From NCBI GenBank assembly GCA_964442455.1, contig CAYTZB010000001.1, positions 21,910-85,909 of the forward strand: DNA of 64,000 nt. Direction: 5' to 3'. A program made the position numbers and the translations under genes. This stretch comes from an uncultured Gammaproteobacteria bacterium. GTDB taxonomy: Bacteria; Patescibacteriota; Microgenomatia; UBA8517; JACQJR01. The notes beneath the pieces were generated by a model that saw only the letters and a list, made by a program, of their open reading frames with translations, was not told where the DNA came from and did not search any database. Of this stretch, positions 47,937 through 57,168 are shown piece after piece. How positions within the stretch are numbered: the stretch's first letter is position 1; the number at the start of each line of letters is the position of its first letter.

Positions 47937-49396
47937 TTTTCATAATTCTTATACTTGGGTTTTTACTTAGACTGATTTCCCTTAACCAGTCTTTATGGCA
48001 TGATGAGGCGACAAGTGCGTTGGTGGCACGCGACTTTTCTGTTGCCGAAATTTTAACACAATTCTCTCCCGGTGACTTCCACCCACCGTTTTACTACTTG
48101 ATGCTCCACTTTTGGATACAAGTTTTCGGTACCTCAGAAGTTGCTATTCGAATGCTATCAATACTATTTGGTGTTGCAACGGTTTGGCTGATTTATAAAA
48201 TAGCTAAAACCATACAGCCATCTAACCATTTAGCCATTTTGTCTGCTCTCTTTCTTGCCACCGCCCCGCTCCACATCTACTATTCTCAAGAAGCACGGAT
48301 GTATGTACCTGCAGCGTTTTTTGCAGTCCTTTCAGTTTGGTTTTTCTTGAAAATTATTAAAGCGAAAAAACAAAGAGTGATGGATTGGGTGGGATTAGTA
48401 ACTGTAAGTACACTTCTTCTCTATACTGATTACCTTCCCGTTTTTCTTTTCCTCTTTTTCGCTTTGTATTTACTCGTGTTCGAAAGAAAACATCTTAAAA
48501 GGAATGTTACCAACTGGTTGTTATCTACCGGAGCCATTCTTTTCCTCTTTTTACCTTGGGTGCCGATGTTATTTGGGCAACTTGCGGCAGGTTTGGGGGT
48601 ACAAATGACTAACCCCCAATGGTGGAATGTGCTGGGCGGAACGAACGTAAAAGAGCTTGCGTTAGTACCTATTAAATTTATGATTGGGAGAATATCGTCA
48701 GAAAATGATGTGCTTTATGCCGCATCTATTGTTATTCCAACTGTACTTTTCGCGAGCGTTTTCCTCAAAAGTGTTACTCTGTGGCAGCGAACAAAGTTTG
48801 TATGGGTATGGTTTATGTTACCTATTCTCGCAGTGGCTCTGGTGGGAGTAAGACTTTCAGTCTTTTCCTATTTTCGGCTCATTTTTTTGCTGCCTCCATT
48901 TTATTTACTTGCGGCATTTGGCGCGCTTTCATTTAAAAATAGTAAAGCGAAGTTCATAGCGATGGCCGGGTTACTTTTGGTTAATATGGTTTCAAGTAGT
49001 ATATATCTTTTTAATTCGCGCTTTCATAGAGAAGATTGGAGAGGGGCGGTAAGTTTTATTGAACAAAGAGTGCAATCTCATGCTCTTGTTCTTTTTGAAA
49101 GTAAAAGTGTCTTGCCTGGTTTTTCTTGGTATTCAAAGGAAGTAGTTGACGGTGTAGGTGGTTTGACGCCACAGCTTTACCAAATTATAAAAGAAAGAGA
49201 GCAGATTTTTGTTTTTCAATACTTGGTCCAGATAAATGATCCGGAAAGGGTAGTTGAAGAAACATTGGAAGAAAATGGTTTTGTTAGGATAGCGACTTAT
49301 AATTTTCGCGGAGTGGGGTTTGTTTTCGAATATCAACGCGGGGTACAATTAACTCAAGATGAAGATTGGAATAGATATTTCGCAAATAGTTTATGA
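47933..49396 (+). CDS. GT-C glycosyltransferase of the PMT/ArnT (GT39/GT83) family.
   Basis: 'LLRLISLNQSLWHDEATSALVARDF...FHPPFYYLMLHFW' is the classic first-loop DE motif region of PMT_2/ArnT-like enzymes. Confidence 0.65.
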   Translation: MIFIILILGFLLRLISLNQSLWHDEATSALVARDFSVAEILTQFSPGDFHPPFYYLMLHFWIQVFGTSEVAIRMLSILFGVATVWLIYKIAKTIQPSNHLAILSALFLATAPLHIYYSQEARMYVPAAFFAVLSVWFFLKIIKAKKQRVMDWVGLVTVSTLLLYTDYLPVFLFLFFALYLLVFERKHLKRNVTNWLLSTGAILFLFLPWVPMLFGQLAAGLGVQMTNPQWWNVLGGTNVKELALVPIKFMIGRISSENDVLYAASIVIPTVLFASVFLKSVTLWQRTKFVWVWFMLPILAVALVGVRLSVFSYFRLIFLLPPFYLLAAFGALSFKNSKAKFIAMAGLLLVNMVSSSIYLFNSRFHREDWRGAVSFIEQRVQSHALVLFESKSVLPGFSWYSKEVVDGVGGLTPQLYQIIKEREQIFVFQYLVQINDPERVVEETLEENGFVRIATYNFRGVGFVFEYQRGVQLTQDEDWNRYFANSL

Positions 49397-50522
49397 GACT
49401 GGCGTTTCATGGTATACGAGGAGTTTGGTACATGCCCTCCTCTTGCTTAATAAAAAAGATGAGTATTTCCTCTTCGGTGGTGCCATGCGCCGTTTGCCTG
49501 ATTTAAATCATTTTAGCAAGGACCTTGGAGGCGATTTCACAAAAAAGTTTTATCCACTTTCTCCCACGATACTTGATTTTTTATGGAATCGGCTTCACAT
49601 CTCTCCAATTGAAAACTTTGTAGGAAAAGTTGAAGTATTCCATTCTTCTGATTGGGCGCAACCTCCAGCGCGACGAGCAAAAGTAGTCACAACAATCCAT
49701 GATCTCGTTCCACTTTTATATCCTGAGAGTTCGCATCCTAAAATTGTGGCTGTGCATAAAAGACGGCTTGAGTGGGTAAAGAAAGAGTGTGAGCAGGTGA
49801 TAGCAGTGTCGGAGGCTACCAAAAATGACATCATAACTTATTTGGGAATTCCGGCGAAAAAAATTTCAGTGGTGTATGAGGCACCAGATGCAATTTATAA
49901 AAAAGTAGGCCGCCGGCCCGGAGAGGCTTCTCGCCGAGTCGGAGACTCTCCAGAGTCGGAGACTGGTTCGGAGGGGGATAAGAGAGTAGGGGAGGTAAAA
50001 AAGAAATTTGGTCTTCCACGACAATTCTTGCTTGCAGTAGGAGCAGACCCGCGAAAAAATCTGTCAAACGTGGCTCAAGCACTTACACTCATTCCCGATG
50101 CGCCAAAGTTAGTAGTTGTGGGAAGGAAGTGGAACGCACCCTCCTCCGCTAAAGCTTCGGATGGGCAAGGCAATATTTTATGGCTAGGACATGTTTCCAG
50201 GACGGATCTCACTGCCTTGTATAGTGGTGCACAAGCGTTGGTATACCCTTCCCTTTATGAAGGGTTTGGTTTGCCAATACTTGAAGCTTTTGCATGTGGT
50301 TGTCCGGTGGTAACGTCGAATATCTCAAGTATGCCTGAGGTAGCAGGGGATGCAGCGGTGTTGGTAAACCCAGAGGATGTTGATGATATAAGAAGAGGAA
50401 TTGAACGAGTGCTTTCAAAAAGAGAGGAATTCATTGAAAAAGGTTTTAGGCGAGTTAAAGAATTTTCGTGGAAGAAAACAGCCCAAGAAACTCTTAGAGT
50501 TTATCGTGAGTTGATACAGTAA
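49359..50522 (+). CDS. GT4 glycosyltransferase with a GC-rich repetitive in-frame insertion in the inter-domain linker.
   Basis: 'EGFGLPILEAFACGCPVVTSN' E-x7-E motif. Linker 'RRPGEASRRVGDSPESETGSEGDKRVGEV' is encoded by 49906-49998, which contains a 17-nt direct repeat. Confidence 0.6.
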   Translation: MKIGIDISQIVYETGVSWYTRSLVHALLLLNKKDEYFLFGGAMRRLPDLNHFSKDLGGDFTKKFYPLSPTILDFLWNRLHISPIENFVGKVEVFHSSDWAQPPARRAKVVTTIHDLVPLLYPESSHPKIVAVHKRRLEWVKKECEQVIAVSEATKNDIITYLGIPAKKISVVYEAPDAIYKKVGRRPGEASRRVGDSPESETGSEGDKRVGEVKKKFGLPRQFLLAVGADPRKNLSNVAQALTLIPDAPKLVVVGRKWNAPSSAKASDGQGNILWLGHVSRTDLTALYSGAQALVYPSLYEGFGLPILEAFACGCPVVTSNISSMPEVAGDAAVLVNPEDVDDIRRGIERVLSKREEFIEKGFRRVKEFSWKKTAQETLRVYRELIQ

Positions 50523-50540
50523 ATAATCATATATTCATAT

Positions 50541-51701
50541 ATGAATAACAATATGATAATCGGAATTGATGGAAATGAAGCAAATGTAGAAAGGCGTGTT
50601 GGATCAAATCAATATGCGTTTGAGTTACTGCATGCGCTGCACGATTTAAAAGAAGCACAAAAACATCAATGGATGATTTATTTACGTGATACTCCCCTAC
50701 CTGACATGCCCCAAAAAACTTCATGGTGGAAATATAAAGTCTTCGGGCCTAAACGTTTATGGACTCAATTTGCACTTCCCTTTGCACTTTTCTTTGGAAA
50801 ACGGCCCGATGTATTTTTTACCCCAGGGCATTATCGCCCTCGGTTGTCACCTGTTCCGACAGTCGTCTCCATAATGGACCTTGGGTATTTGCGATACCCC
50901 GAGCAGTTTACACGCCGTGACCTTTACCAGTTAACTTCCTGGACCGCTCACTCTATTAAAAAGGCAGACCATATTATTGCTATTTCTGAAAGTACGAAAA
51001 GAGACATTATTAGGTATTACAAAATTCCACGTTCAAAAATTACGGTTACGTATCCGGGTTATGACAAGTCAAAATTCGAAATTCGAATATCGAAATTCGA
51101 AACAAATAAAATAAAAACAAAATACAAAATTCAAAACGACTACATTTTATTTTTGAGTACACTTAAACCGAGCAAAAATGTCGAAAGCCTTCTTGAGGCT
51201 TTTAGGCTACTAGGGCACTGGGATACTGGGAGTAATAAACCCAGTATCCCAGCAACCCAGCAACCAAGTGACCTCAAACTCGTTATTGCTGGCAAAAAAG
51301 GATGGCTTTATGAGTCAATTTTTGAGAAAGTGAAACAGCTTGCGCTAGAGGATAATGTTATTTTTACTGATTTTGTACCAGATGATGATGTGCCACATCT
51401 CCTGGCAGGAGCGCGGGTTTTTGTACTTCCGAGTTTTTGGGAGGGATTTGGGATTCCGGTAGTTGAGGCGATGGCAGTAGGAACACCGGTTGTCGTCTCG
51501 ACAGTTGGGAGTTTACCTGAAGTTGTGGGAGATACAGGAATTTTAGTGAATCCCGACGATCCAAGAGATATCGCTCGTGGGATAAAAGAGGCTCTTAAAA
51601 ATCATGACGCATTATCCAAAAAAGGTTTAGAGCGTACCAAACTCTTCGACTGGCAAAAAACAGCTAAACAAACACTTGAAGTTTTAGAAAGAGTAACTTG
51701 A
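50541..51701 (+). CDS. GT4 glycosyltransferase with an AT-rich heptamer-repeat insertion in the inter-domain linker.
   Basis: 'EGFGIPVVEAMAVGTPVVVSTVGSLPEV'. Linker 'KSKFEIRISKFETNKIKTKYKIQN' is encoded by the repeats at 51073-51100. Confidence 0.6.
   Translation: MNNNMIIGIDGNEANVERRVGSNQYAFELLHALHDLKEAQKHQWMIYLRDTPLPDMPQKTSWWKYKVFGPKRLWTQFALPFALFFGKRPDVFFTPGHYRPRLSPVPTVVSIMDLGYLRYPEQFTRRDLYQLTSWTAHSIKKADHIIAISESTKRDIIRYYKIPRSKITVTYPGYDKSKFEIRISKFETNKIKTKYKIQNDYILFLSTLKPSKNVESLLEAFRLLGHWDTGSNKPSIPATQQPSDLKLVIAGKKGWLYESIFEKVKQLALEDNVIFTDFVPDDDVPHLLAGARVFVLPSFWEGFGIPVVEAMAVGTPVVVSTVGSLPEVVGDTGILVNPDDPRDIARGIKEALKNHDALSKKGLERTKLFDWQKTAKQTLEVLERVT
51073..51100 (+). repeat. Tandem heptanucleotide repeat (aattcga) x4, one unit variant (atatcga), inside a GT4 coding sequence.
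   Basis: Direct read: aattcga aattcga atatcga aattcga. Confidence 0.8.
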
Positions 51702-51726
51702 CAAGGAGAAAAATTTTGATATATTG
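51698..51726 (+). promoter_or_regulatory. Candidate sigma70-like promoter (TTGACA, 16-nt spacer, TATATT) upstream of 51739.
   Basis: ttgaca at 51698-51703 and tatatt at 51720-51725, 13 nt before the ATG region. Confidence 0.3.
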
Positions 51727-51738
51727 ACTATATAAATT

Positions 51739-52122
51739 ATGGGTAAAGATAGAGAACAAGGGATCGGGTTAAAAGAAAAAGTTCCTGGACTTGCTATGAT
51801 TACAGCAGGTGCAACGGGTTTATGGATAGGTTGGAAAGTTAATCAGTTATGGAGGAAAGCTGTAAATGAACATCCTTCGGGATCACGGTTAAGAGAAGTA
51901 GAGAGAGAATTATCCTCGTTAAGTAAAACTAATTTTGTAGGTTACCTAAATGAATGGTCACGAAATTTTGATGAGAAGGATCGATTAGAAACAGCAATAA
52001 AAGAAGATATAGATCCTTATAACTTTCGTCTGATTGGCAGTAGAGTACTACCTCTTGTTTCGGCTATAGCAGGAGCTGCGGGAGTGTATAGACTTCTTAA
52101 ACCAGGTAGGAAAAAGGGATAG
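51739..52122 (+). CDS. Hypothetical small protein with two TM helices.
   Basis: 127 aa, hydrophobic segments at residues ~18-38 and ~100-120. Confidence 0.35.
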   Translation: MGKDREQGIGLKEKVPGLAMITAGATGLWIGWKVNQLWRKAVNEHPSGSRLREVERELSSLSKTNFVGYLNEWSRNFDEKDRLETAIKEDIDPYNFRLIGSRVLPLVSAIAGAAGVYRLLKPGRKKG

Positions 52123-52167
52123 TTATTTGTCTTCTTCTCAGTAAACCTTTATGATATCTTCCTCGCT

Positions 52168-52815
52168 ATGAATGGCGGGGTTTTCTTGAATGCTGTTATA
52201 ATAAGATTATCTATGGCTGTTTTTCGTGATCGGATGGGGAGAGAGCTGAATCTCCGACAGGTTCAGGATAAGCTCGTAAACCGTCTCTATAATTATTTAG
52301 CTGATTTTGCCTTATTTTGGCTTCATTTACTTTGCAATTTTCCCTCCCATCATTTCCGTCGCTTTTTAATGCGTCTTGGGGGTGCAAGGATTGGTGCGGG
52401 TTCGAGCATTCATATGGGTTGCCGATTTTTTTCCTTAAAAAATTTAAAGATTGGGCAAGATTCAATAATTGGCGACCACGTGTTTCTTGATGGGCGGGCG
52501 CCTCTTGCGATTGGAAACCACGTTGATATTGCTTCACAGGTGCTTATCTATAATTCAGAGCATGATGTGCATTCAGACGATTTTAGACCTACCGTGGGGC
52601 CAGTTGAAATAGAGGACTATGTATTTGTTGGACCGCGGGCAATAATCTTACCAACCGTCAAAATAAAGAAAGGTGCGGTTGTTGCTGCGGGAGCGGTCGT
52701 AACAGAGGATGTTCCTGAATTTGCAATTGTTGGAGGTGTGCCGGCAAAGGTGATTGGTGAGAGGAAAAACAAAAATCCAAACTATCGGCTTGGTCGCGCA
52801 AGACTTTTTCAGTAG
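52168..52815 (+). CDS. Hexapeptide-repeat acyltransferase (WcaF/NodL-like putative sugar O-acetyltransferase).
   Basis: 'IGAGSSIHMGCRF', 'IGQDSIIGDHVFL', 'IGNHVDIASQVLI' and 'VGPRAIILPTVKIKKGAVVAAGAVV' repeats. Confidence 0.65.
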   Translation: MNGGVFLNAVIIRLSMAVFRDRMGRELNLRQVQDKLVNRLYNYLADFALFWLHLLCNFPSHHFRRFLMRLGGARIGAGSSIHMGCRFFSLKNLKIGQDSIIGDHVFLDGRAPLAIGNHVDIASQVLIYNSEHDVHSDDFRPTVGPVEIEDYVFVGPRAIILPTVKIKKGAVVAAGAVVTEDVPEFAIVGGVPAKVIGERKNKNPNYRLGRARLFQ

Positions 52816-52819
52816 AAAT

Positions 52820-53392
52820 ATGAAAGTCATCAAATTTTTACTTTTAACCTTATTTGTTATCGCTTATACTTTTTTTTCAGGAATTTTTCTTTTTTATATC
52901 ATACTTCCTACGCCTCCTTTCCCGAGCAATCCTCCCGACTCTTTAGAGTCTACTGAGCGGGGAGACACCGAAGATTATAAAAACCGACGAGCTTATTTTA
53001 CTGATTTATCACGCGAGGAGGTTCTTACATATCATCAGAAGGAACTAAGTACCATAAGCTGGAGAAGTTTTAACATTCCTATCCCAACTTACAGGCTTAA
53101 TTACCCCCCAGAAGATGCAGCTATATTTATTAAAGATTTGACCCGAAGCGTTTTTTTGGAGGAAATAGTTCACCCCTTTAGGGAGTCGTTTTTTGTCAAC
53201 GGTTTTGTTGCGAAACAGCCAAAAGATGCAATCATAATCGAAGGGCGAGAATTTCAACAAAAAATTACCGTTCGGTATTACAGAAGTAATACATATCTAA
53301 GAGTTTCACTTGCTGCTTTTTCCCTTGGTTTGTTACTTCTCGTGATGCGTTCGTGGTACAAAACTCTTTTTAGAGCAAATGGAAATAGTTGA
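52820..53392 (+). CDS. Hypothetical membrane-anchored protein (N-terminal TM plus extracytoplasmic domain).
   Basis: The start was moved to ATG 52820 to avoid a 62-nt overlap. One N-terminal helix, a proline-rich segment and a C-terminal helix. Confidence 0.4.
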   Translation: MKVIKFLLLTLFVIAYTFFSGIFLFYIILPTPPFPSNPPDSLESTERGDTEDYKNRRAYFTDLSREEVLTYHQKELSTISWRSFNIPIPTYRLNYPPEDAAIFIKDLTRSVFLEEIVHPFRESFFVNGFVAKQPKDAIIIEGREFQQKITVRYYRSNTYLRVSLAAFSLGLLLLVMRSWYKTLFRANGNS

Positions 53393-54275
53393 TCTTTCAA
53401 TAATTATAGTGTCGTATAACACAAAAGGGTTACTCCTTGAGTGTCTTTCCTCAATTCAAAAACACACAAAGGAAGTAAGTTATGAGGTAATTGTAGTGGA
53501 TAATGCATCGAAAGATGGAAGTGTAGCTGCGCTACAAAAGTTGGAGGTAGCAGGTAAAAAGTTACAAGTTATTGCAAACAAAGAAAATTGGGGATTTGGG
53601 GCGGCAAATAATCAGGGGATGAAGAAGGCAAAGGGACGTTATATTCTGCTTCTTAATTCGGATACAAAATTAATTGAAAATTCTTTACTTAGTATGGTGA
53701 TGTTCATGGATGAGCATCCTAAAGTTGGCATTGCCAGTTGCAAATTAGTGAATGCCGATGGTACGCTCCAGACAACAGGCGGATTTTTCCCGACCTTACC
53801 GAGAGTGTTCTTGTGGGCAACACTCATTGATGATGTACCATTTGTAGGCGATTTTTTTGGCTCGTACCATCCCCATAAGTTGTTTTACTCAAAAGAACGG
53901 CCGCTTGATTGGGTAACAGGAGCATTTTTTTTAGCGAGACGAGAGGTTACCAGCGAGATTGGTTTGTTTGATGAGCGCTTCTTTCTCTATGTTGAGGAAG
54001 TTGAATATTGTATGCGGACTAGGAGCAAGGGATGGGAGGTGTGGTACGTTCCACAAACAAAAATAATCCACTTCGGGGGGGCAAGTGGAACAAGAGAGGG
54101 AACGGTTCTTCGCGAGTTCGAAGGTTTAAAAATCCTTTACAAAAAACATTATTCAAAGGTGAGCCTTGTCTTTTTACGCCTTTTCCTTTTTATAGGAAGT
54201 GTTCTTCGTATGTTTATTTTTGGTATCATTACACCAAGGAGTAGGATTTATGTTCACGCGCTTGGTAGAATTTGA
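53379..54275 (+). CDS. GT2 glycosyltransferase (paralog of 58356..59294).
   Basis: 'LSIIIVSYNTKGLLLECLSSIQKH...VIVVDNASKDGS' and 'NSDTKL'. Confidence 0.7.
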   Translation: MEIVDLSIIIVSYNTKGLLLECLSSIQKHTKEVSYEVIVVDNASKDGSVAALQKLEVAGKKLQVIANKENWGFGAANNQGMKKAKGRYILLLNSDTKLIENSLLSMVMFMDEHPKVGIASCKLVNADGTLQTTGGFFPTLPRVFLWATLIDDVPFVGDFFGSYHPHKLFYSKERPLDWVTGAFFLARREVTSEIGLFDERFFLYVEEVEYCMRTRSKGWEVWYVPQTKIIHFGGASGTREGTVLREFEGLKILYKKHYSKVSLVFLRLFLFIGSVLRMFIFGIITPRSRIYVHALGRI

Positions 54276-55605
54276 GAATTTTATTTTTAAATGGGGTCTG
54301 GCGGTAATTTTACTTGCTATACCTTTATATCCTAAGTTTCCTCTTTTTAATATACCGGGAACGTATGTTGCAGTGAGAATGGAAGATATTTTGCTTGCGG
54401 CTCTTGGGATATTTCTTTTGTTAAAAGTAGTACAAAATCATCGCTCTTTTTTTCAGAGCAGCATTACCCGTGCATTCTTTCTGTTCTTTGCGGCAGGGTT
54501 GGTGTCAATTGTGGCCGGTATCTTTTTAACCCATACCGTTGTACCACATATAGGACTGCTCCATTGGGTAAGAAGGATTGAATACGTTGTTCCTTTTTTT
54601 CTTGCGTACAGCTTCGCGCGGGTAGAGCGGCATGCATATTTCTTTATTGAGGTGCTTCTGGTTGCCGCGTTCTTAGTGTTTTTGTATGGGTTAGGGCAAA
54701 TCCATTTTGGCTTTCCGGTGATTTCAACCCAAAATGCGGAATTTTCGAAAGGATTGGCACTCCGATGGTTGCCGGGAGCGCGGCTTCATTCGACGTTCGG
54801 GGGACATTATGATTTGGCAGCATTTTTAGTGCTTGTCCTTCCGCTGGGAATTGCGTACCTTTTTGCGGTAAGGAATATTGTAGGGAGAGCGGTTATCTTT
54901 GGTGTTACTCTCTGTCTTTTGTGGCTGCTTGTGACTGCTGCCTCTCGGATTTCCGTCGCAGCGTACTTTCTAGGACTATTGGTAACTCTTTGGTTCTTGA
55001 AGCGACGAGTCTTTTTAGTGTATATGATAGCCATAAGCATCGCGTTTGTACTTACTTCGGATTTGGCTGGCAAGTATAAATTTACTCTACAGCAGCTATT
55101 CGGAAGAGTCGAGATAACAAGAATTGCGTGGGCGCAAGAAGAGAAGCTCTCTCCTACTCCCGTTCCCCCACCACCAATTTTCGAAGACCGCTCAACTGCA
55201 ATTCGTCTGAATGTTGAATGGCCGAGGGCATTGCGTGCGTTCTTTAAGAATCCTCTACTGGGGACCGGATTTTCCTCCATCACCCTTGCAACCGATAATG
55301 ATTACCTTCGCATGTTAGGGGAAGTGGGGGTGGTGGGCACGCTGGCGTTTTTCCTTGTGTTGGTAAGAATCGGACAAAAAATGTGGAAATTCCTACGGGA
55401 GTTTCGGCCAAACGGGGGCACTCTTGCCTCCCAAGATGTGTTGGTTGTGGGGGCAGTAGGGGGAGCAGTGGGACTGCTTGCGAATGCGGCATTTATTGAT
55501 GTATTCGAGGCCTCAAAGGTGGCACTTATATTTTGGACACTTCTGGGGATATCGGTAGGAATTATTAATACGCGTATGAAGAGGGAGAGTCGTGAAGAAA
55601 ATTAA
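54250..55605 (+). CDS. O-antigen ligase/polymerase-like (Wzy_C family) polytopic membrane protein.
   Basis: About 11 helices and a large loop with 'ATDNDYLRMLGEVGVVGTLAF', resembling the Wzy_C/WaaL 'HNxYLxxLxExGxxG' motif. The start was moved from 54199 to ATG 54250. Confidence 0.5.
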   Translation: MFTRLVEFENFIFKWGLAVILLAIPLYPKFPLFNIPGTYVAVRMEDILLAALGIFLLLKVVQNHRSFFQSSITRAFFLFFAAGLVSIVAGIFLTHTVVPHIGLLHWVRRIEYVVPFFLAYSFARVERHAYFFIEVLLVAAFLVFLYGLGQIHFGFPVISTQNAEFSKGLALRWLPGARLHSTFGGHYDLAAFLVLVLPLGIAYLFAVRNIVGRAVIFGVTLCLLWLLVTAASRISVAAYFLGLLVTLWFLKRRVFLVYMIAISIAFVLTSDLAGKYKFTLQQLFGRVEITRIAWAQEEKLSPTPVPPPPIFEDRSTAIRLNVEWPRALRAFFKNPLLGTGFSSITLATDNDYLRMLGEVGVVGTLAFFLVLVRIGQKMWKFLREFRPNGGTLASQDVLVVGAVGGAVGLLANAAFIDVFEASKVALIFWTLLGISVGIINTRMKRESREEN

Positions 55606-57049
55606 TAGAATAATAAAAAGGTTAGTAAAACCAGAGTATCTTTTGTTGGTGCTCATTCTTCTTATTGCACTGTGGGCCCGTCTTTACAAAATAGATAATC
55701 CTGTTGCCGACTGGCATTCTTGGCGACAGGCAGATACCGCCTCAGTCACTCAATTTTATGTTGAGCGCGGGATTGATTTACTTCGTCCTCGCTATCTTAA
55801 TATCTCAAGCAGTGCCACAGGATACGAGAATCCTAAAGGTTACCGATTTGTTGAGTTCCCCGTTTTCAATGCTGTACATGCACTCCTTTATCAGGCATTT
55901 CCTTCCTGGTCACTTGATCGATGGGGTCGACTCATCGCTGCTACTGCTTCGATTATCTCACTATTCTTTATCTTTTTAATTGGCAAACGATTTTTAGGGA
56001 CTGCGGTGGCTTTACTTGCTGCACTCTTTTTTGCCATTCTTCCCTTCAATGTTTATTTTTCCCGCGTCATACTTCCCGATCCTTTGACTGTTACTGTTGC
56101 AATTGTAAGCTTATGGTTTTTTGTCTGGTGGATTGATACCGAGCGGTCATGGAAGCTGTTTACCTCGGCATTCTTTTTTGCGACGGCCCTACTTCTTAAA
56201 CCTTACATTGTTTTTTATAGCATACCGATGCTTTACCTTGCAGTGACAAAATATGGTGTGTGGGGAGCAGTGAAAGAGGCAAAACTATGGATGTTTTTTT
56301 GTCTCTCACTTATCCCGGTTTTCTTCTGGCGTGCATGGATGGGGCACGATTATTACTTTGTGGGTATTCCTTTTTGGGAGTGGGCATTTAATGGAGATGA
56401 AATTAGGTTTAAACCCTCATTTTGGTGGTGGCTCTTTGGACAGCGTCTGGGATTGCTCATTTTAGGAGGATGGGCGCTTGTTCCATTTGTCATTGGACTG
56501 CTGTCTCCTTCCCGTGGGAAGTTCCCCTGGTTTGTACACTCTATGCTTGCGGGACAGTTGTTGTACATAGCGGTTGTGGCAACCGCAAATGTGCGACACG
56601 ATTACTACCAAACACTGCTTATTCCCGCAGTTGTCCTTCCTCTCGCGAATGGAACGTATTTGTTATGGCGGCTGCGTGCGTTCAACCAATTTCTTACCCG
56701 CGTGGCGGTGTTGGGGACTCTTGCAGCAGGATTGGCATTTTCTTTTTATCAAATTAAAGAGTTTTATAAAGTTAATCATCCCGAGATTATGATTGCCGGC
56801 GCCGCAGCTGACCGATTATTACCAAAAGACGCAAAAGTCATAGCTCCCTACAATGGTGATACCGCATTCTTGTATCAAACGAAACGTCAAGGGTGGCCGG
56901 TTGCGACGCTCCCCATGGACCAAATGATTAGTCGGCTTGATGCCGAGTATTATGTATCGGTCAATTACGATGCACAGACGAAGGAGGTAATGGAAAAATA
57001 TACGGTGCTTGAGAAAACAAATGAGTATGTGGTGGTTAAACTAAAATGA
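55592..57049 (+). CDS. GT-C glycosyltransferase of the PMT/ArnT-like family.
   Basis: 'LLIALWARLYKIDNPVADWHSWRQADTASVTQ' first-loop motif; 485 aa, about 11 helices. Confidence 0.55.
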   Translation: MKKINRIIKRLVKPEYLLLVLILLIALWARLYKIDNPVADWHSWRQADTASVTQFYVERGIDLLRPRYLNISSSATGYENPKGYRFVEFPVFNAVHALLYQAFPSWSLDRWGRLIAATASIISLFFIFLIGKRFLGTAVALLAALFFAILPFNVYFSRVILPDPLTVTVAIVSLWFFVWWIDTERSWKLFTSAFFFATALLLKPYIVFYSIPMLYLAVTKYGVWGAVKEAKLWMFFCLSLIPVFFWRAWMGHDYYFVGIPFWEWAFNGDEIRFKPSFWWWLFGQRLGLLILGGWALVPFVIGLLSPSRGKFPWFVHSMLAGQLLYIAVVATANVRHDYYQTLLIPAVVLPLANGTYLLWRLRAFNQFLTRVAVLGTLAAGLAFSFYQIKEFYKVNHPEIMIAGAAADRLLPKDAKVIAPYNGDTAFLYQTKRQGWPVATLPMDQMISRLDAEYYVSVNYDAQTKEVMEKYTVLEKTNEYVVVKLK

Positions 57050-57150
57050 GTGTCCTTGCGGGTCCTGCCCCGGGTTATCCCTCCCGCCAGTGCTCGGCAT
57101 TTGCTTGCGCGCGTGTCGGGATCCCTTCCACCCGTGTCACCCGCGGCGGA
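57050..57150. repeat. GC-rich ~100-nt intergenic element, homologous to the in-frame insertion at 62491-62604.
   Basis: Very GC-rich by eye in an AT-rich context. Shares 'gggtcctgcc', 'tccctcccgcc' and 'tccctcc..c.cg.gtcacccg' blocks with 62491-62604. Confidence 0.55.
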
Positions 57151-57168
57151 CTTTAGACTATTTTATTT

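Noticed and set aside
57050-57150. Whether the GC-rich intergenic element is a tRNA or rRNA fragment or an intrinsic terminator.
   Set aside because: It has no cloverleaf-compatible arms or CCA context and no terminal U-run. Its homology to an in-frame coding sequence insertion argues for a dispersed repeat element instead.
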